64,000 bases of DNA from a virus, in IMG/VR virus record IMGVR_UViG_3300036795_000039, positions 3,417 through 67,416 of that record; one strand, 5' to 3'. A model generated the notes under the pieces. The model ran no database searches. It saw only the letters and a list, made by a program, of their open reading frames with translations, and was not told the origin of the DNA. Shown here one piece after another: positions 1-10,105 of the stretch; the stretch's first letter is position 1, and each line of letters opens with the position of its first letter. The translations under genes were made by a program, and so were the position numbers.

Positions 1-435
1 CTGGCTGATGTGGTATTTAGGTGGGACATGTGGAAGCTGTTCGGCGACCCGCCGTACTGGACGGAGGAAATGGCAACGTGGGCAGCACTTTACCCAGACA
101 GAATCGTTGAATTCTGGACGAATCAACAGAGACGTATGGCTTACGCCATCAGGGCCTATCTGGAAGCGTTAGACTCTGGTGCGTGTCGTATCGTCGGAAG
201 TGAACGCCAAGTTGATACGATGTTGCGACACATGGGAAATGCGGGCAAAAAAGAACTGAATATCGTTGACGACCAAGGCAAGCCGTTGTACATCATGTGC
301 CACATAGAAGGTAGGCTCGCTGACAAGTACGACGCAGCCATGGCGGGATGCTTGAGCTGGGCAGCATGTTTAGAGGCCCGACGCAAGAACGCGGAACCTA
401 CCCCTAAAAAGGGGATGCCGCGCCGAATTAGATGA
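1..435 (+). CDS. terminase large subunit, C-terminal part (truncated by window start)
   Basis: DPPYW motif and KYDAAMA nuclease-domain acidic motif; lies upstream of portal. Confidence 0.8.
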   Translation: MADVVFRWDMWKLFGDPPYWTEEMATWAALYPDRIVEFWTNQQRRMAYAIRAYLEALDSGACRIVGSERQVDTMLRHMGNAGKKELNIVDDQGKPLYIMCHIEGRLADKYDAAMAGCLSWAACLEARRKNAEPTPKKGMPRRIR

Positions 436-448
436 AAGGTATTGGCAC

Positions 449-658
449 ATGCCAGAATTGACCGTAGAACAAACATCCATCCTTGGCAGCCTCAGTGGCA
501 TCGCCACCACCGTGGACGGCCTGCTCTCATCGGGCATCAGCGCGGCCGAGGTGGGCGAGAAGCTGCTGGCGTTCCTAAGTCCTTCTGCCGCAGCGTCTTT
601 GCAGTCGCTGATCACGGTGCTTCAGGAGGTCGACAACCTCGTCAAAAAGGCAGAGTAG
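449..658 (+). CDS. hypothetical protein, 69 aa
   Basis: Fills terminase-portal gap; GAAAGG RBS. Confidence 0.6.
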   Translation: MPELTVEQTSILGSLSGIATTVDGLLSSGISAAEVGEKLLAFLSPSAAASLQSLITVLQEVDNLVKKAE

Positions 659-666
659 ACAACACA

Positions 667-694
667 TAACGCGTTACGCGTAACGCGTTACGCG
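667..694. repeat. perfect 24-bp palindrome (667-690), also a 14-bp tandem repeat
   Basis: TAACGCGTTACGCGTAACGCGTTA; (TAACGCGTTACGCG)x2 directly before the portal RBS. Confidence 0.9.
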
Positions 695-706
695 CAGGAG
701 GATCAC

Positions 707-2467
707 ATGACAACTTTTGCTGACGGTCCTTCTGCGCCGTACGCGAGTTCCAACCCGAACGGTAACCAGATCCAGCCGGGGATGAACATCGGTATCAACC
801 CGGCGCTGATGACACCCCGAGACTGGCTCAATGTCTTGACCCGGCGCGTCGACTTCGGTTGGGTCAGAATCGAATTGCTGCGATCCTATGTGGACGGCAA
901 CGCCCCGCTGCCGGAGATGGGCAAGAACACCAAAGAGGCGTGGCAGAAGTTCCAGCGCGAAGCCCGCACCAACTGGGGTGCGCTGATCGTAGAGAGCGTC
1001 ACGAATCGCCTTATCCCCAACGGCATTACGGTCGACGGCTCCAACGATTCCAAGCTGGCCAAGCAGGCGCAGGCCATCTGGAAACGCAACCGGCTCAACA
1101 GCGTGTTCCGCGAATGGGTGCGCTACGGACTGACTTTCAGGCAGTCCTACCTCACCGTGTGGAAGGACGCGGACGACAAGGCTATCATCACGGCGGATTC
1201 CCCTGAGTCCATGGGGGTTTCAGTAGACCCGTTACAGCCATGGAAGGTTCGCGCGGCGGTGCGCTGGTGGCGCGACCTGGACTTACAGGAGGACCGCGCT
1301 CTGGTATGGGGCAACAACAGCAGCCAGTCATTCAAGCGAACCCTGTTGAGCCTCAACGCCCCAACGAACCCGCCGAACAACATGATGTACTACCTGCCGG
1401 TGCGCTTATTGGGGGAGTGGGCCGATGCCGACACCGTCAACGACAGCGGCCAACCACCACCTGTAGTGGTGTACAACAACCCGATCTTCTGCGGCGAATT
1501 CGAAACGCACATAGATCTAATCAACCGGATCAACCGCGAGATCCTAGAACGCTTGACCACCAGCGCAATTCAGGCTTTCCGCCAGCGGGCGATGAAAGGT
1601 GGATTGCCGGTAGTCGACGCGAAAGGCAACCAAATCGATTGGGGCGCAATCTTTGAGCCCGCCCCCGGCGCTATCTGGGATCTGCCCGAAGGCATCGACA
1701 TTTGGGAAAGCCAGCCCACCGACATTCAGCCGATGCTCGCGGCATGCAAAGACGACATTCGACAACTGTCGGCCATGACCTCGACACCATTCCCGGTTCT
1801 TATGCCGGACAACGCAAACCAGACAGCCGAGGGCGCGGACGCAGCCCGAGACGCACACATCTTCAAGTGCGGTGAGCGTCTGGCCGAAGCCAAGGCCGGG
1901 ATCGAAGAAGCCCTGACACTGGCACTGAAAACCGAAGGCGCAGACCTGAGCCCAGACAAGGGCGGCGACTCCACACAAGACAAGCAGGTAGAGGTAATCT
2001 TCAAGCCCGTCGACCGTGTGACGATCGCGGAGATGTATGCCGCCGCGCAGGCAGCGTCTTCGGCTGGCGAGTCGTGGCCGTCGATTGCGCGAAACATCCT
2101 GGGGTACAGCCCAGAACAGATCGCGCAGGACCAGCTCGATAAACTCAACGAGGCGATGCGGGCGGCGATGTTCGCGGGTAACCCGGCGGTCCCGCCGGAG
2201 CCGCCGACCGACGTCGGCGTGAGGTTCGGTCCTGTAAACCCGAATAGGGCAATACAATCCGCGATGGGTAAGCAGCTTGAGAACCAGGCCAACCCGCAAG
2301 CCCCGTCGCAGTTCAACCCGTCACGCACACCACCTGGCGCTAACCCGGCTGCCACGGCGAAAGCCGCTGCCGCAAACAGCAATCCACGCCAGGCCACCAA
2401 CGCCGGTAAGGCAGGCCAGAATACGCAAGGTATCGGAGCGAATAACCCGCCCGCGCGCCGGAGGTGA
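707..2467 (+). CDS. portal protein (SPP1 Gp6-like) with Pro/Ala/Asn-rich C-terminal extension
   Basis: TNWGALIVES, GEFETHIDLINRIN, QAFRQRA, PGAIW, LGYSPEQI motifs; AGGAGG RBS; synteny. Confidence 0.92.
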   Translation: MTTFADGPSAPYASSNPNGNQIQPGMNIGINPALMTPRDWLNVLTRRVDFGWVRIELLRSYVDGNAPLPEMGKNTKEAWQKFQREARTNWGALIVESVTNRLIPNGITVDGSNDSKLAKQAQAIWKRNRLNSVFREWVRYGLTFRQSYLTVWKDADDKAIITADSPESMGVSVDPLQPWKVRAAVRWWRDLDLQEDRALVWGNNSSQSFKRTLLSLNAPTNPPNNMMYYLPVRLLGEWADADTVNDSGQPPPVVVYNNPIFCGEFETHIDLINRINREILERLTTSAIQAFRQRAMKGGLPVVDAKGNQIDWGAIFEPAPGAIWDLPEGIDIWESQPTDIQPMLAACKDDIRQLSAMTSTPFPVLMPDNANQTAEGADAARDAHIFKCGERLAEAKAGIEEALTLALKTEGADLSPDKGGDSTQDKQVEVIFKPVDRVTIAEMYAAAQAASSAGESWPSIARNILGYSPEQIAQDQLDKLNEAMRAAMFAGNPAVPPEPPTDVGVRFGPVNPNRAIQSAMGKQLENQANPQAPSQFNPSRTPPGANPAATAKAAAANSNPRQATNAGKAGQNTQGIGANNPPARRR

Positions 2468-2470
2468 CCA

Positions 2471-2662
2471 ATGTTGTGGCTAGTGCTCGTCAACCAGGCG
2501 GTAATGATCGCAATCACTTCTGCCGCAACGGTTTTCGCATACAAAGCTGATCAGAATTCACGCTGGCTACAAGAAGTGATGGCACCGTGGATGGCTCACA
2601 TATCGAGCATCATAGATCCCAATTGGCCCAAACCGCCTGACCCACCGCCGATTACAGAATGA
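2471..2662 (+). CDS. small membrane protein
   Basis: GGAGG RBS; hydrophobic N-terminus; ATGA overlap with next gene. Confidence 0.55.
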   Translation: MLWLVLVNQAVMIAITSAATVFAYKADQNSRWLQEVMAPWMAHISSIIDPNWPKPPDPPPITE

Positions 2663-5600
2663 CGCGACCCAGAACCGCCGGGGATCTGCTGTCGCAGCGA
2701 CCACATACCGACCTCGACGGCGACGACGAGAGCGACCAACTCAGCGATCCCGAATACAACGCGGGTCTGTTGCCCGAGCGCGGCGAGTACGACGAACCAG
2801 ACGACGAAGGCGACGACGATAACGACGAATTACCCACTCTCGCAGAGATCCCCGATGAGCAGGAGCAGCGGGAGAGGAGCGAAGCCCCCGAGGAGGTCCG
2901 CGAGCAATTCAACGATCTCATGGAAGACGCCGAAGAAGGAGACTTCAAACTAACTGACTACCAACGGTATTGGCGTCGGCTACAAGGGATCGTCTTACAC
3001 CACGTCAACAAGGATTGGCGGCTCGCCGGACCAACACGGGACGCGGCAGCCCACGTCGGAACCGTTGTGCAGTCCGGCCAGAAGGTCGGCAGCCACCTGA
3101 CACAGCTATATGCACAAAGGCATTTGGGCATTGACTTCACCCCGTTCGATCCCGGCCCCGGCATCATTGAGCGTCCCGGCACCAACAAGCTGATGGTGTA
3201 CTCCCGGCCCATACGGGAGAGAAGCCTTGGCGCGCAACTGAGCAGGCTAGAGACGCTTGCCAATACAGATCTGCAACTCGCCAAAGTACGGACCCTGTAT
3301 TCGGCTTTTAACGAAGACCAGACCGTCAACCGCGCGCCGATCAAAACATGGCGGCGCGTCACCACAAGCGAAAACCCCTGCGCCCTATGTGAAATCGCCG
3401 CCGATCAGGTGTACTTCTCCGATGACTTGATGGCCATTCACGACAACTGCATGTGCGACATAGAGCTGGCCGACGAATCCGATCTTGATGAACACAAGGC
3501 CCGCTACCACCACATCGGTTTCGTGCAAACACTTTTGGACATAGGAGAGCAGAAGAAAGACATCCAGACCCTGGCCGACGAGGATGCTCCGGCAGAGGAT
3601 TACCACAACCTCACCAAGATTGAGCAGCACGGAGAACTCGGCCCCGTGATCACCTGGGCTGGGCAGAAATTCACCGGGCCGGGGGAGTTACCCAACCCAA
3701 TGCCCGTTCGGCCCACACCGACAGTCTCAGGGCCAGGACGGGGCCATGAGGCGCGGCTGGCAGAGAACCGTGCCAGGGTGGCGCAGTACCGGGCGCAGCA
3801 GTTCGGCCCCGGCGGGCGCGCAGAGCCGCGCTACCATCCAGAGCACGGCAAGGGCAGCAGCTACGTGCCAACGTCCTACGGGTTGCCACCGATCACGAAA
3901 ACCGTTGGGCCTAAACCACCTAAGCCCAGGCCGATAGAGATGGGCCACGTTATAGCGACCATCGGCCCCGGCGGGCGTGTCAGTATCGAGACAGCAGGCA
4001 AGGTAGCCGAGAAGGCTGGAATTGACTGGGGCACAGCATCGTTGGACGACATGCTCGACTACATGGCCCGCAAGCACTCAGGCGCGGTGCCGCGTGGCTC
4101 GTGGCGGCTAAGTCTGTGGACGTCAACGAAATACAACCGTGTTGCCAAGCGGCGCACCTTGCAGGCCATCGATGAGATGCTGACTAAATATCCTGACGTG
4201 AAGTTCGACGGCGGATTCAAGATCGCCAAACTGGAAAACGGCGTAGTGGCTGAAACATCTTATCGCCCAAGGCTTAACGGCAGGACGACGTTCATGACGT
4301 TCAACACCGATATCATGGAACGCACACCCGACGAACTGACGCAGGCATTCAGGGCTGCCGAAGACGCGGGTCTGTACTTCTCGGGCGCATCCGAAGATCC
4401 TTACCGCGCAATGGTTTACCACGAGTACGGCCATGTACTGGATGTGCGCGGCACCAACCAGGCACGCGAGCAGGCTTCACGGCTGATGATCGCTGAGTTT
4501 ATGAAGTCTGGCCGTCCGATGACCAAGGAGGATCTTAGCGAGTGGATGGCCGAAAAGGACCGGCTCTCAGGCTATTCCATGCAGGACTTCGTCGTACCCG
4601 GCAGGATCTCGCCTCTCACCGGCAAGCCGGGCAGCCTGGCGCTTTCACCGGGCGAGTCCATTGCCCAGGCATTCGATGACGTAGAGCGCCGTGGCGAGCG
4701 AGCGTCCGACGTGTCCAGGGCGCTGCATGCCGAAGTTGTTGAGCGGGCGAAGATCCCATACCCAACAACACCGCTCACCCCCGGTTATTCGCGTGCCGCG
4801 TTGCAGGAAACAGCGGTCGAACGGCTCAAGAAGATGACGCAGCCGAAGATTCCGTGGACCGATGCGGACTTCGCCAAGGAAGACAACTTCAACAAACGCA
4901 AAGACGAGACGGTTATCCTGAGCGACGAAGACCGTTCCCTCGCAAAGCAATTGGCCACCGATATTTACCGGAAGGCCAAAGGCGTGGAGGACGCGATCAC
5001 CGCAGCCGCAGAGTCATCGGTGGGACACAACGGCGGCTACATGTCCGGTTTGGACTTCAGATTGAAGACCGGGCCGTCGCTGTATCGCAAAATTCAGGCC
5101 GAGGCAATCGAGTATGCGCAAGGAAAGCCGGTCACCGAAAACGATCTGCGCACCGCCGCAGCAGACATCAAGGACGCCGTACGGTACACAGGCGTCGTGC
5201 CCGAGGAAGGCTATTGGGCGAAGGGCGACGACATTCGCAAGTCTTTGGAATCGTTGGGGGCCAAGAACATTAAAGACCCGGTTGGCATCCCGCTCAACGG
5301 TTACCGGGGCCGCAACATGTCATTCGAATACAAGGGTGTGGCTTTCGAGATGCAGGTTCACACTGAGCTGGGCGTGGCAATCAAAGACGAGGCGCACCAC
5401 ATCTACAACGAGTCAAGGGTTTTGAAGGAGGCCATCAAAAACCGTGGCGAAGACCCAAACAAAGATCCGGCGTACCTCAAGATGTTCAACGACATGCAGG
5501 CCAAGTGGGACACAATGCCCATGCTCAAAGGCACACCCGTCGTGCAGACCGAGAAGGACGCCAAATCCGGCGACCCGAACAAGGTGCTGTACATCGCGAA

Positions 5601-7155
5601 GGACACCAAATACCGGGGGCCGACAGTACCCGGCGGCGAAGCAGAACTGGGCAGCCTCGAAATGCTTGGACGAGAACGTGTTCCATCAACACGCTTCGGA
5701 TTGACCTGGACACCCGATAGCCCAGAAGCCAAGATCGTTGCGCCCGCACGGACTATGGACAAAGACGTGTGGGCCACATTGCCAGTACAGATGCTGCCGC
5801 ACGGCACGAAGATCCTCGCCAACGAAGGCACCCTGAAGAAGAAGAGCATCGACAAAGTCGTCGGCGGCACAGAGCCTTTCAGGGAGGGCTACCACATCGA
5901 ACTATTCCAAGACAAGAACGGCTTGCATGTCGTGGATGGCCACACCCGTGTGGCCATGTACTACGCACTGAACAAAGACATGCCGGTGAAGATCCTTACG
6001 CAGGATGACATCAACAGGTGGGCCAATGAGCCGGTGCATGAGGCGCTGAAAGCACCGCTTACCGGCTTGAGCGCCGATGACAAGGGCTGGGGTTCGGTTG
6101 CCCGCCGACTACCGGGAGGGGAGACGATCACACCAGTGTTCAAAGAAGGCAAGGGCGGCAAGAAAACACTGGATCTTGAGGGCACCTGGGCTACGGTCAG
6201 CGACGAGACCCTGAAAGAGAACTGGCGCAAGGCATTACGGGACGCCGCGCCGTGGGCGCAGAAGGCCGGTGTCGACTGGTATCCCGGTGTCAACCGGCTT
6301 GCAAATAAACTGACCGACAAGTACGGCAAGCAGTTCGAGAAGCGTTGGGGCATAAAGCTAACACCGGATCTCACCGCAGCATTCTTCGCGGCGTACTCGG
6401 AGAACAATGGATGGGACGGCAACCTCGTCGGCGTGCGCAGGCTGCTCGACGGCACAGGCAACGAATACCTGGGTGTCCTAAAGGATTTCAAGTACAGCGA
6501 AGCCAGCAACTACCGGGGTATCAAGGCTGGCAAGTACGGCACCAAGTACGTCATCCCGGCGAGTACGCCCAGCCCTGAGCGAATCGCCAAGGCGCGAGCC
6601 AAGATTGAAGAGAATTACGCCAAGAAGGGCAAGGTGGCACCCAAGGACGCCACCGGCCTGTCAGAGTTTCAGATACCCGGCGAGACCGGCTGGTATCGGC
6701 TGTATGACTTCCACGTCAACAAAGCCCTGCGGGCCGCGCAGAACCCGCGAGGCGGCATCGCAGATCTACGCGAAAACGACGCCACCGCACCGAAGCCCGC
6801 CGACTTTGGGGCTAACATCGCAGGCGATTATGATAAGGCCACAGCCGACCGCTGGGTGGCCCGAATTATCCTGCACAGCGACGACGGCGTATTCTCCGAA
6901 TCCATGCGCGGCTACAGTAAGACCACGGGCGGCGTGCCGGATCGTATCGGGTACAAGCGCATGAGCAAGGCGTTGCAAGATGTGTCCAAGGAGCCGGAAT
7001 TCGCGCACCTAAACGCGGCTGCGGTGCAGGCGATCCCATGGGTGCATGTGGTAGGTCCACTAGGGTCAATCGGTGAGATCGATGACCTGTCAAGTTATGC
7101 TAGCGTTAAGGCTGAAACTTTGCGCAAGGCAGCAGAATTCGGGGATGTGGAGTGA
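2659..7155 (+). CDS. MuF-like/capsid maturation protein fused to zincin, RelA/SpoT-like alarmone synthetase, ParB-like and C-terminal glycosylase-like domains
   Basis: WRRV..ENPCALC..IHDNCMC (MuF-type, 3349-3456); HEYGH (4420); GLDFRLKT..SLYRKI..DAVRYT..YRG..FEMQVHT (5047-5364); VVDGHTR (5929); DWY..W.GN..ADRW..VQAIPW (6274-7041); lies between portal and scaffold. Confidence 0.82.
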   Translation: MTRPRTAGDLLSQRPHTDLDGDDESDQLSDPEYNAGLLPERGEYDEPDDEGDDDNDELPTLAEIPDEQEQRERSEAPEEVREQFNDLMEDAEEGDFKLTDYQRYWRRLQGIVLHHVNKDWRLAGPTRDAAAHVGTVVQSGQKVGSHLTQLYAQRHLGIDFTPFDPGPGIIERPGTNKLMVYSRPIRERSLGAQLSRLETLANTDLQLAKVRTLYSAFNEDQTVNRAPIKTWRRVTTSENPCALCEIAADQVYFSDDLMAIHDNCMCDIELADESDLDEHKARYHHIGFVQTLLDIGEQKKDIQTLADEDAPAEDYHNLTKIEQHGELGPVITWAGQKFTGPGELPNPMPVRPTPTVSGPGRGHEARLAENRARVAQYRAQQFGPGGRAEPRYHPEHGKGSSYVPTSYGLPPITKTVGPKPPKPRPIEMGHVIATIGPGGRVSIETAGKVAEKAGIDWGTASLDDMLDYMARKHSGAVPRGSWRLSLWTSTKYNRVAKRRTLQAIDEMLTKYPDVKFDGGFKIAKLENGVVAETSYRPRLNGRTTFMTFNTDIMERTPDELTQAFRAAEDAGLYFSGASEDPYRAMVYHEYGHVLDVRGTNQAREQASRLMIAEFMKSGRPMTKEDLSEWMAEKDRLSGYSMQDFVVPGRISPLTGKPGSLALSPGESIAQAFDDVERRGERASDVSRALHAEVVERAKIPYPTTPLTPGYSRAALQETAVERLKKMTQPKIPWTDADFAKEDNFNKRKDETVILSDEDRSLAKQLATDIYRKAKGVEDAITAAAESSVGHNGGYMSGLDFRLKTGPSLYRKIQAEAIEYAQGKPVTENDLRTAAADIKDAVRYTGVVPEEGYWAKGDDIRKSLESLGAKNIKDPVGIPLNGYRGRNMSFEYKGVAFEMQVHTELGVAIKDEAHHIYNESRVLKEAIKNRGEDPNKDPAYLKMFNDMQAKWDTMPMLKGTPVVQTEKDAKSGDPNKVLYIAKDTKYRGPTVPGGEAELGSLEMLGRERVPSTRFGLTWTPDSPEAKIVAPARTMDKDVWATLPVQMLPHGTKILANEGTLKKKSIDKVVGGTEPFREGYHIELFQDKNGLHVVDGHTRVAMYYALNKDMPVKILTQDDINRWANEPVHEALKAPLTGLSADDKGWGSVARRLPGGETITPVFKEGKGGKKTLDLEGTWATVSDETLKENWRKALRDAAPWAQKAGVDWYPGVNRLANKLTDKYGKQFEKRWGIKLTPDLTAAFFAAYSENNGWDGNLVGVRRLLDGTGNEYLGVLKDFKYSEASNYRGIKAGKYGTKYVIPASTPSPERIAKARAKIEENYAKKGKVAPKDATGLSEFQIPGETGWYRLYDFHVNKALRAAQNPRGGIADLRENDATAPKPADFGANIAGDYDKATADRWVARIILHSDDGVFSESMRGYSKTTGGVPDRIGYKRMSKALQDVSKEPEFAHLNAAAVQAIPWVHVVGPLGSIGEIDDLSSYASVKAETLRKAAEFGDVE

Positions 7156-7361
7156 CTGTACCAAATCCTGTGGACGACATGACATTTCATGCCGACTTCG
7201 ATGGGCATGCGGAGGAAGTATTCGACACGCTGCAATCCGCGATGGCGTGGGCCGAGGATCTTGGTGATGAGCAGACCGGGGATATCAGCTTCCAGGGCGT
7301 CCCAATCATCGTGTACGCGAGAGGACGAATCAGTGCTCCTGAAACCACCTACCCGGCGTGA
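7152..7361 (+). CDS. small acidic hypothetical protein
   Basis: GTGA overlap with upstream stop. Confidence 0.5.
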   Translation: MTVPNPVDDMTFHADFDGHAEEVFDTLQSAMAWAEDLGDEQTGDISFQGVPIIVYARGRISAPETTYPA

Positions 7362-7596
7362 CCTACAGAAGACCTTCGGACGCGTGCTCAACGACATCCT
7401 TGATGGCACAATCGATTCCGCGCCGGAGGGCAACGGGCTAGACGAACAGGTCAACGCCGCGCTCAACGACCTGGCCGAGAACATGGACAAGCGCGCCATC
7501 AAAACACTCGCCGCATATGAGGCTTTCGGCAACCAACTCACCGGCTTGCACTCCGCGCAGGGGCAGGACGATATCCTCAAACTGCTTGGGCCATAA
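7333..7596 (+). CDS. small hypothetical protein
   Basis: GAGGA RBS before GTG at 7333; phage-like codon usage. Confidence 0.55.
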   Translation: MLLKPPTRRDLQKTFGRVLNDILDGTIDSAPEGNGLDEQVNAALNDLAENMDKRAIKTLAAYEAFGNQLTGLHSAQGQDDILKLLGP

Positions 7597-7601
7597 CGTT
7601 C

Positions 7602-7621
7602 ACTGTCCCAAATGGGATAGT
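7602..7621 (+). promoter_or_regulatory. 20-bp palindromic operator-like site, copy 1 of 8
   Basis: ACTGTCCCAAATGGGATAGT, intergenic before scaffold gene. Confidence 0.75.
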
Positions 7622-7737
7622 CCCCGGCGTGTCCTCCCGCCACACCCTGGCGTTATTGGTGTAATGTTTCTGGGCGAAGGGGTAATCCCGTGCCCGCAAC
7701 GGGTTCGGTTCACATGCGAAACGCTCAGGAAGACACC

Positions 7738-8490
7738 ATGACTGCACCCGATCATCCCACCCCGACTCCAAACAGCATGCCCGGCGCTGGGCAACAGCCG
7801 ACACCGAATCCTCAATTGCAGGAGCCGGTTTCGACGAGCACACCGCCAAAGCAGCCGGAGCCGAAACCGACACCGACACCTCCCCAACAGGACACTCCGG
7901 CCAGCGAGCCCCCCGTAACGGGCACCCCGCCTCCCGGTTCTGCTGTCCCAGACGAGAACTGGCGTGACATCGCACGCAAGATGGAGGCCAGGGCCAAGGA
8001 GAATGCCGAAGCGGCCAAGAAGTGGGAAGAGCATCAAGCGGCGCAGCGCACCAAGGAGGAGAACGACGCCATCGCCATGGCCCAGTTACAGCTTGAGCGT
8101 GACGAGGCCATGGCCGAAGTGGTCCGCGAACGGATCGCACGCGAAACCGGTGTTCTCCCACAGTTTCTCGGTAGCGGTACTGAGGAACAGATGCGCGATG
8201 CCGCCAAGGCAGCCCTGGAATGGCGCGGCGTAGTCCCGCCCGAACCCCCCAGGCCGCAAACCGCTGCGGTCCCTGCTTCAACGGTCACCTCTGCTGACAA
8301 GATGGGTGCAGCCCCAAATGGCATACAGCAGTTGACAAAAGAGCAGTTCGTCGCTTTGCCGCCCAACGAGCGTATGGATGCGGTGCGTGCAGGCGCATGC
8401 ACAAATCTGGGCATCGGCAAGCCGGTGCCACAGCGCCGTATGGGCAATCAGCTAGAGCTTGGCGCATCGATGGGTGCTGGCAAGCAATAA
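7738..8490 (+). CDS. head scaffolding protein
   Basis: Pro-rich N-terminus, W..ARK.E.RAK.N coiled coil, G.TEE motif; precedes capsid gene. Confidence 0.85.
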   Translation: MTAPDHPTPTPNSMPGAGQQPTPNPQLQEPVSTSTPPKQPEPKPTPTPPQQDTPASEPPVTGTPPPGSAVPDENWRDIARKMEARAKENAEAAKKWEEHQAAQRTKEENDAIAMAQLQLERDEAMAEVVRERIARETGVLPQFLGSGTEEQMRDAAKAALEWRGVVPPEPPRPQTAAVPASTVTSADKMGAAPNGIQQLTKEQFVALPPNERMDAVRAGACTNLGIGKPVPQRRMGNQLELGASMGAGKQ

Positions 8491-8512
8491 CTTGCGAAAG
8501 GGGTGACGCCAC

Positions 8513-9367
8513 ATGGCCATCACCAATTTTATCCCCGAACTTTGGGCGGCAGCGCTGCTCGAAGTCTGGTGGAACGAAACGGTTTTCGCCGCTCTGGTGA
8601 ACCGTGAATACGAGGGCATCGCCACTCGTGGCAACACCGTGAACATTACCGGCGTTGTCGTGCCCACCGTCACGGATTACGCTGCGGCAGGCCGGGTTAC
8701 GAACGCCGAAGACATCACCGACACCGGAATTCAATTGGTTATTGACCAGGAGAAGTCGACGGACTTCTTCGTTGACGACATCGACCGTGCGCAGGCTGCC
8801 GGTTCCCTGTCGGCCTACGCGGACGCGGCAGGCGTTGCGCTGGTTGAAGATTCGGACAAGTTCATCGCAGACCTGTTGATTTCCAACGGAACTCCGCTTG
8901 TCCCGACCGGCGTGACCGACACGCCCGGCCCCGGCACTCTGGGCAACCTGACGCCGGATGACGCATTCAACCTTGTGAAGGATGCGCGCAAGCAGATGAA
9001 CAAAGCCGCTGTGCCATCAGCGAATCGGGCCTGCGTGATGAACGCGGAATTCGAGGGACTGTTGCTGTCGGCGGCATCCAAGCTGACAACCTTCTACCAG
9101 GTGGACGACACCGAGGGTCTGCGTAACGCGACCGTTGGCCAGCTACTCGGTATGCGAATGGTCACGAGCAACAACCTGCCCGCTATCAACTCACCGCAGT
9201 TCGTGGCGTTCGCACCGCGCGCCGCCGCGTACGTGTCGCAAATCGATCAGGTCGAAGCGATGCGGGCACAGACCAAGTTCGCCGACCGGATCAGGGCACT
9301 ACATGTCTACGGCGGCAAGGTCGTTCGTCCCGTGGGTGTGGTGGTATATAACGGCGGCGGCAGCTAA
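8513..9367 (+). CDS. major capsid protein
   Basis: MAITNFIPELWAAALL, NREYEG, IDQEK, FADRIRALHVYGGKVVRP; mycobacteriophage capsid type; ends GGGS. Confidence 0.93.
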   Translation: MAITNFIPELWAAALLEVWWNETVFAALVNREYEGIATRGNTVNITGVVVPTVTDYAAAGRVTNAEDITDTGIQLVIDQEKSTDFFVDDIDRAQAAGSLSAYADAAGVALVEDSDKFIADLLISNGTPLVPTGVTDTPGPGTLGNLTPDDAFNLVKDARKQMNKAAVPSANRACVMNAEFEGLLLSAASKLTTFYQVDDTEGLRNATVGQLLGMRMVTSNNLPAINSPQFVAFAPRAAAYVSQIDQVEAMRAQTKFADRIRALHVYGGKVVRPVGVVVYNGGGS

Positions 9368-9376
9368 CCAACCGGC

Positions 9377-10105
9377 ATGACAGACCCGGCCCCGCTGGAC
9401 ATCCCAGACCTACCTGATTTCGTGCAGGGAGGTCCGCTAGCGTTGTGCTCGCTAGCGGATATCGCTGGGACTCTTGGCTTTCGAGACAGTTCGTTTTTGA
9501 CGACTGATCAGATGGCCAGGATTCCCTACTTGCTGGCGAAGCTGTGCAGGTTGTTTCGGATCGAGGCGGGGCGCGAATTTACACCGGGCGATACGACAGC
9601 GGACATGCTGACGTTGGCCGGGTACATCCAACTCCCAGATCCCTTGGGAGAGGGCGGGTCTGTTGAAGAGATACTGACTGCTGATGGGAAGGTCATCGAC
9701 CCGGCGAACTATTCGGTCAAGGCGGGCGACCGCGTATGGATCGAAGAGCCAACGCTGATCGGTCACGACCGACCTGGCTCCGGCACGCGTTACACCGTTA
9801 CGTACACACATAACGGCGAAGTGCCGTGGGACGTGCGGGCCACGATGGCGGCAGCCGTCGCAAGGTATCTCACCGTTGATCCCAATTCCGCTGTGGCGCA
9901 GTCCACCTTCTTATCGGCTGAAGGGTACCACCAGCGGATTGCGGCATGGGTGGCCGACGTGGTCAGCCTGCACCCAGGCGATATCGCCTTGGCGCGAGCG
10001 CACCGCCCCTACCGTGTGAACATCATCGTGCAGAAGATGCCCAGTTTCCTTGAGGGGCGCACCGATTGGTCGATGTGGACTTGGGGCGGTGTGACGATAT
10101 GGTGA
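9377..10105 (+). CDS. head-to-tail adaptor
   Basis: FR.EAGR.FTPG and VTYTH.GEVP motifs; synteny. Confidence 0.75.
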   Translation: MTDPAPLDIPDLPDFVQGGPLALCSLADIAGTLGFRDSSFLTTDQMARIPYLLAKLCRLFRIEAGREFTPGDTTADMLTLAGYIQLPDPLGEGGSVEEILTADGKVIDPANYSVKAGDRVWIEEPTLIGHDRPGSGTRYTVTYTHNGEVPWDVRATMAAAVARYLTVDPNSAVAQSTFLSAEGYHQRIAAWVADVVSLHPGDIALARAHRPYRVNIIVQKMPSFLEGRTDWSMWTWGGVTIW

